A DNA stretch of 62,662 bases from Gammaproteobacteria bacterium (GTDB lineage: Bacteria > Pseudomonadota > Gammaproteobacteria > PS1 > Pseudothioglobaceae). The position numbers were made by a program, and so were the translations under genes. This document shows, piece by piece, positions 60,698 through 62,662 of this stretch. The notes under the pieces are model-generated. The model was not told the DNA's origin, searched no databases, and worked only from the letters and a program-made list of their open reading frames with translations. The stretch lies in contig JAPYOZ010000001.1 of the NCBI GenBank assembly GCA_029941485.1, forward strand, positions 1-62,662, read 5' to 3'. The number at the start of each line of letters is the position of its first letter. Within the stretch, counting starts at the first letter, position 1.

Positions 60698-61306
60698 ATG
60701 AATATTTCTGAGTTTTTAGCATTATTCCTAATCGCTTTTGTATTTGTTATTACGCCCGGTCCTGGCACGTTGGCTGTGTTTGCAAAGAGCATGTCGCAAG
60801 GATTTATGCCGGCATTTTATTTATCCGTGGGCATGGTGCTGGGTGATCTGGTTTACTTGTCCGTTGTTATTTTTTCATTGGATCTGTTTGCAGAGTTAAT
60901 TACACCTGTAATGGACTATGTCAGAGTATTAGGCGGTATTTATCTAATCTATTTAGGCGTGAGTTCTTGGAATGCACACGGGGTTAAACTTAGTGAACAG
61001 GCAAACCGTAAAGGCAATACTAGTGAATTTATAACAGGATTGGTTATTTCACTAACCAATCCAAAAGTGATGATATTTTACATTGCCATATTACCGGCAT
61101 TTATTGACTTGTCTCAAGTCGGTTTTGTTGATGCATTAGAGATGTTAGTCACAGTGGGCGCTGGATTATTAATTGGCATTAGCATGATTAATGCAATGGT
61201 TAGTCGCATTAAAACCTTGTTTACAAAAACTAACGCAGAACAACGCATTAATAAATTAGTAGGCATTGTGATGATATTAGCCGGTTTGTTGCTCGGTCTG
61301 TCATGA
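60698..61306 (+). CDS. LysE/RhtB-family amino-acid exporter (tandem paralog)
   Basis: 202 aa with 'TPGPG' and 'TNPK' motifs. Colinear with the preceding gene. Confidence 0.8.
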   Translation: MNISEFLALFLIAFVFVITPGPGTLAVFAKSMSQGFMPAFYLSVGMVLGDLVYLSVVIFSLDLFAELITPVMDYVRVLGGIYLIYLGVSSWNAHGVKLSEQANRKGNTSEFITGLVISLTNPKVMIFYIAILPAFIDLSQVGFVDALEMLVTVGAGLLIGISMINAMVSRIKTLFTKTNAEQRINKLVGIVMILAGLLLGLS

Positions 61307-62205
61307 TGGCTGATCGTAAATTATTTTTGTGGATGACGCTGGCAATGCTAGGCTGGGGAGCTTCATGGCCAATTGCTAAAATACTTTCTGGCTATATCAC
61401 TGAACATGAATTAGTGACTTATCGTTACGCGTTAACGGTGTTGACCATGTTGCCTATTTTTTATTGGCTAAAGTTATCGTTCAAAATAGAGCTGAAAAAT
61501 TTAGTATTGGCCATCGTCATTGGTGTGTTGTTGATTTTTTATACTAAGCTATTTTTTTTAGGAACCAAGTACGGCACTGCAGGTTTGGCAGGGGCATTGG
61601 TGACTACGTTAATGCCGATTATTGTTTATGTGCTAATGTTGCTTAGCCGACAGAAAAAACCACGAACGAAAGATTGGCTAGCCTTAGTGTTGGGTGTGGC
61701 CGGTGTATTCACTATGATTAAAGTTTGGACTTTTGAGCTGGATCAAATTTTTAATGTCTCTAATGTGTATTTATTATGGGCGGCTCTGTGTTGGGCGCTG
61801 ATGTCTATTGCTACCTCTTATACAAAATCCATCCATCCAGTAGTCTTAAGTTTTTATGTTTATTTATTTGCCACTTTGATTGATTGGCTAGTATTTTTCA
61901 ATCCAAGCAGTGGCTCTATCTTTAATATGGACCAAACCTTTTGGCTTGGCTTCGTATTCTTGGCAGTTGGCTCTACCACGTTTGCCACCACAATGTATTT
62001 TTTGGGTGTTCAAAAACTGGGTTCCAACAAAGGCAGTGTGTTTACTTTCTTGGTACCGTTCTTTGCCATTGGTTTAAGTGCAATTTTATTAGGCGAGTTA
62101 TTACAGCTAACAACTTTAATTGGCGTAGTGATGACCATTGTTTCATTGATTACTTTAAATAACATCAACTTTAGTTTTTTGAAAAATAAACTTTTTAAAA
62201 ACTAA
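61303..62205 (+). CDS. DMT-superfamily (EamA-like) transporter
   Basis: Ten predicted TM helices in two EamA-like halves. ATGA overlap with the upstream gene. Confidence 0.75.
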   Translation: MMADRKLFLWMTLAMLGWGASWPIAKILSGYITEHELVTYRYALTVLTMLPIFYWLKLSFKIELKNLVLAIVIGVLLIFYTKLFFLGTKYGTAGLAGALVTTLMPIIVYVLMLLSRQKKPRTKDWLALVLGVAGVFTMIKVWTFELDQIFNVSNVYLLWAALCWALMSIATSYTKSIHPVVLSFYVYLFATLIDWLVFFNPSSGSIFNMDQTFWLGFVFLAVGSTTFATTMYFLGVQKLGSNKGSVFTFLVPFFAIGLSAILLGELLQLTTLIGVVMTIVSLITLNNINFSFLKNKLFKN

Positions 62206-62303
62206 AGTTTTCATTGTTTTTCCGCCCGATTTAATAAAAACCTAAAAATTTTATGAAATTAATTGTGTTAATATGAACTCATGAGATTAATTGAGTCAAA
62301 AAA

Positions 62304-62492
62304 ATGGACGTAATTTACTGGTTAATCCCGAGCATGATTTTTGTGGGCGCTGTACTGGTAATCCTTTTAATGATGGGGGTTAAGAATGGTCAGTTTGACG
62401 ATTTAGAAGGCGAAGGACAGCGTATTTTATATGATGAAGATGAAGATAATTCAGAGACAGAAAAAAAGTTTGAAAAACCCCTTGACAGTTAG
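62304..62492 (+). CDS. ccoS: cbb3-type cytochrome oxidase maturation protein CcoS/FixS
   Basis: 62 aa with a single TM helix followed by 'KNGQFDDLEG' and an acidic tail. Confidence 0.85.
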   Translation: MDVIYWLIPSMIFVGAVLVILLMMGVKNGQFDDLEGEGQRILYDEDEDNSETEKKFEKPLDS

Positions 62493-62558
62493 TTTTTTTT
62501 ATAGAAAATTCGCACTTGAAGATATAAGAAAAATAAAATAATAAAAAGAGGAAAAGAA

Positions 62559-62662
62559 AATGGCGAAAAGTATTATTGACGGCCTATTTGGGAAATCACC
62601 AATCAGTCCATTACAGCAACATATGACTAGCGTACATTCGTGTATTGCAGAACTTAAGGGCT
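62559..62662 (+). CDS. DUF47/TIGR00153-family (PhoU-like) protein, 5' fragment cut by the window end
   Basis: RBS AGAGG. N-terminus 'MAKSIIDGLFGKSPISPLQQHM' resembles YkaA/DUF47 proteins. Confidence 0.6.

Noticed and set aside
62253-62313. Direct repeat ATGA(A/G)ATTAATTG(T/A)G x2 and mini-ORFs (7 and 10 codons) upstream of ccoS
   Set aside because: The repeat is short and AT-rich, there is no RBS, and there is no evidence beyond its presence. It could be chance in AT-rich intergenic DNA.

Overview
Dense, almost gap-free core-chromosome segment from an AT-rich gammaproteobacterium. Gene content points to a sulfur-oxidising chemolithoautotroph. The resemblance to SUP05-clade or clam-symbiont genomes is my inference only. 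I call about 70 protein genes and 2 tRNAs: tRNA-Ile2 with a CAU anticodon, and tRNA-Gln(UUG). I saw no rRNA, CRISPR array, IS element, integrase or prophage remnant. The main block, 15150-28941, holds sat, aprM-aprB-aprA, a YeeE-type sulfur transporter, a K+-independent H+-pyrophosphatase, adenylate kinase, a PPi-type phosphofructokinase and class I FBPase. These enzymes share the metabolites sulfite, AMP, APS and PPi. An uncharacterised 386-aa gene sits inside this block, and three small genes, two of them unknown, follow aprA. The rest is housekeeping: polA, argS, cysS, rpoD, prs, priA, tilS, accA, lptCA, lpxB, lysA, leuB, trpD, proC, bioA and others. The packing is very tight, with several overlapping convergent gene ends. 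Observations the gene calls do not explain: (1) a 27-nt GC-rich hairpin-forming repeat, 26/27 identical, sits in the same reading frame inside two unrelated essential genes, cysS and priA. (2) Two intergenic TTGAC-N4-GTCAA dyads of FNR/CRP type lie upstream of aprM and hppA. (3) A TATCCC-N4-GGGATA-type dyad lies upstream of sat, with a weaker relative in the pfp/fbp divergent promoter. (4) LptC is extended by three 61-residue repeats. (5) Strong terminator hairpins sit immediately before the ribosome-binding site of the next gene at three loci. (6) proC is translationally coupled to a YgfX-like membrane protein and an unknown 348-aa protein. All functional calls come from reading the translated ORFs. 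No database search was run.
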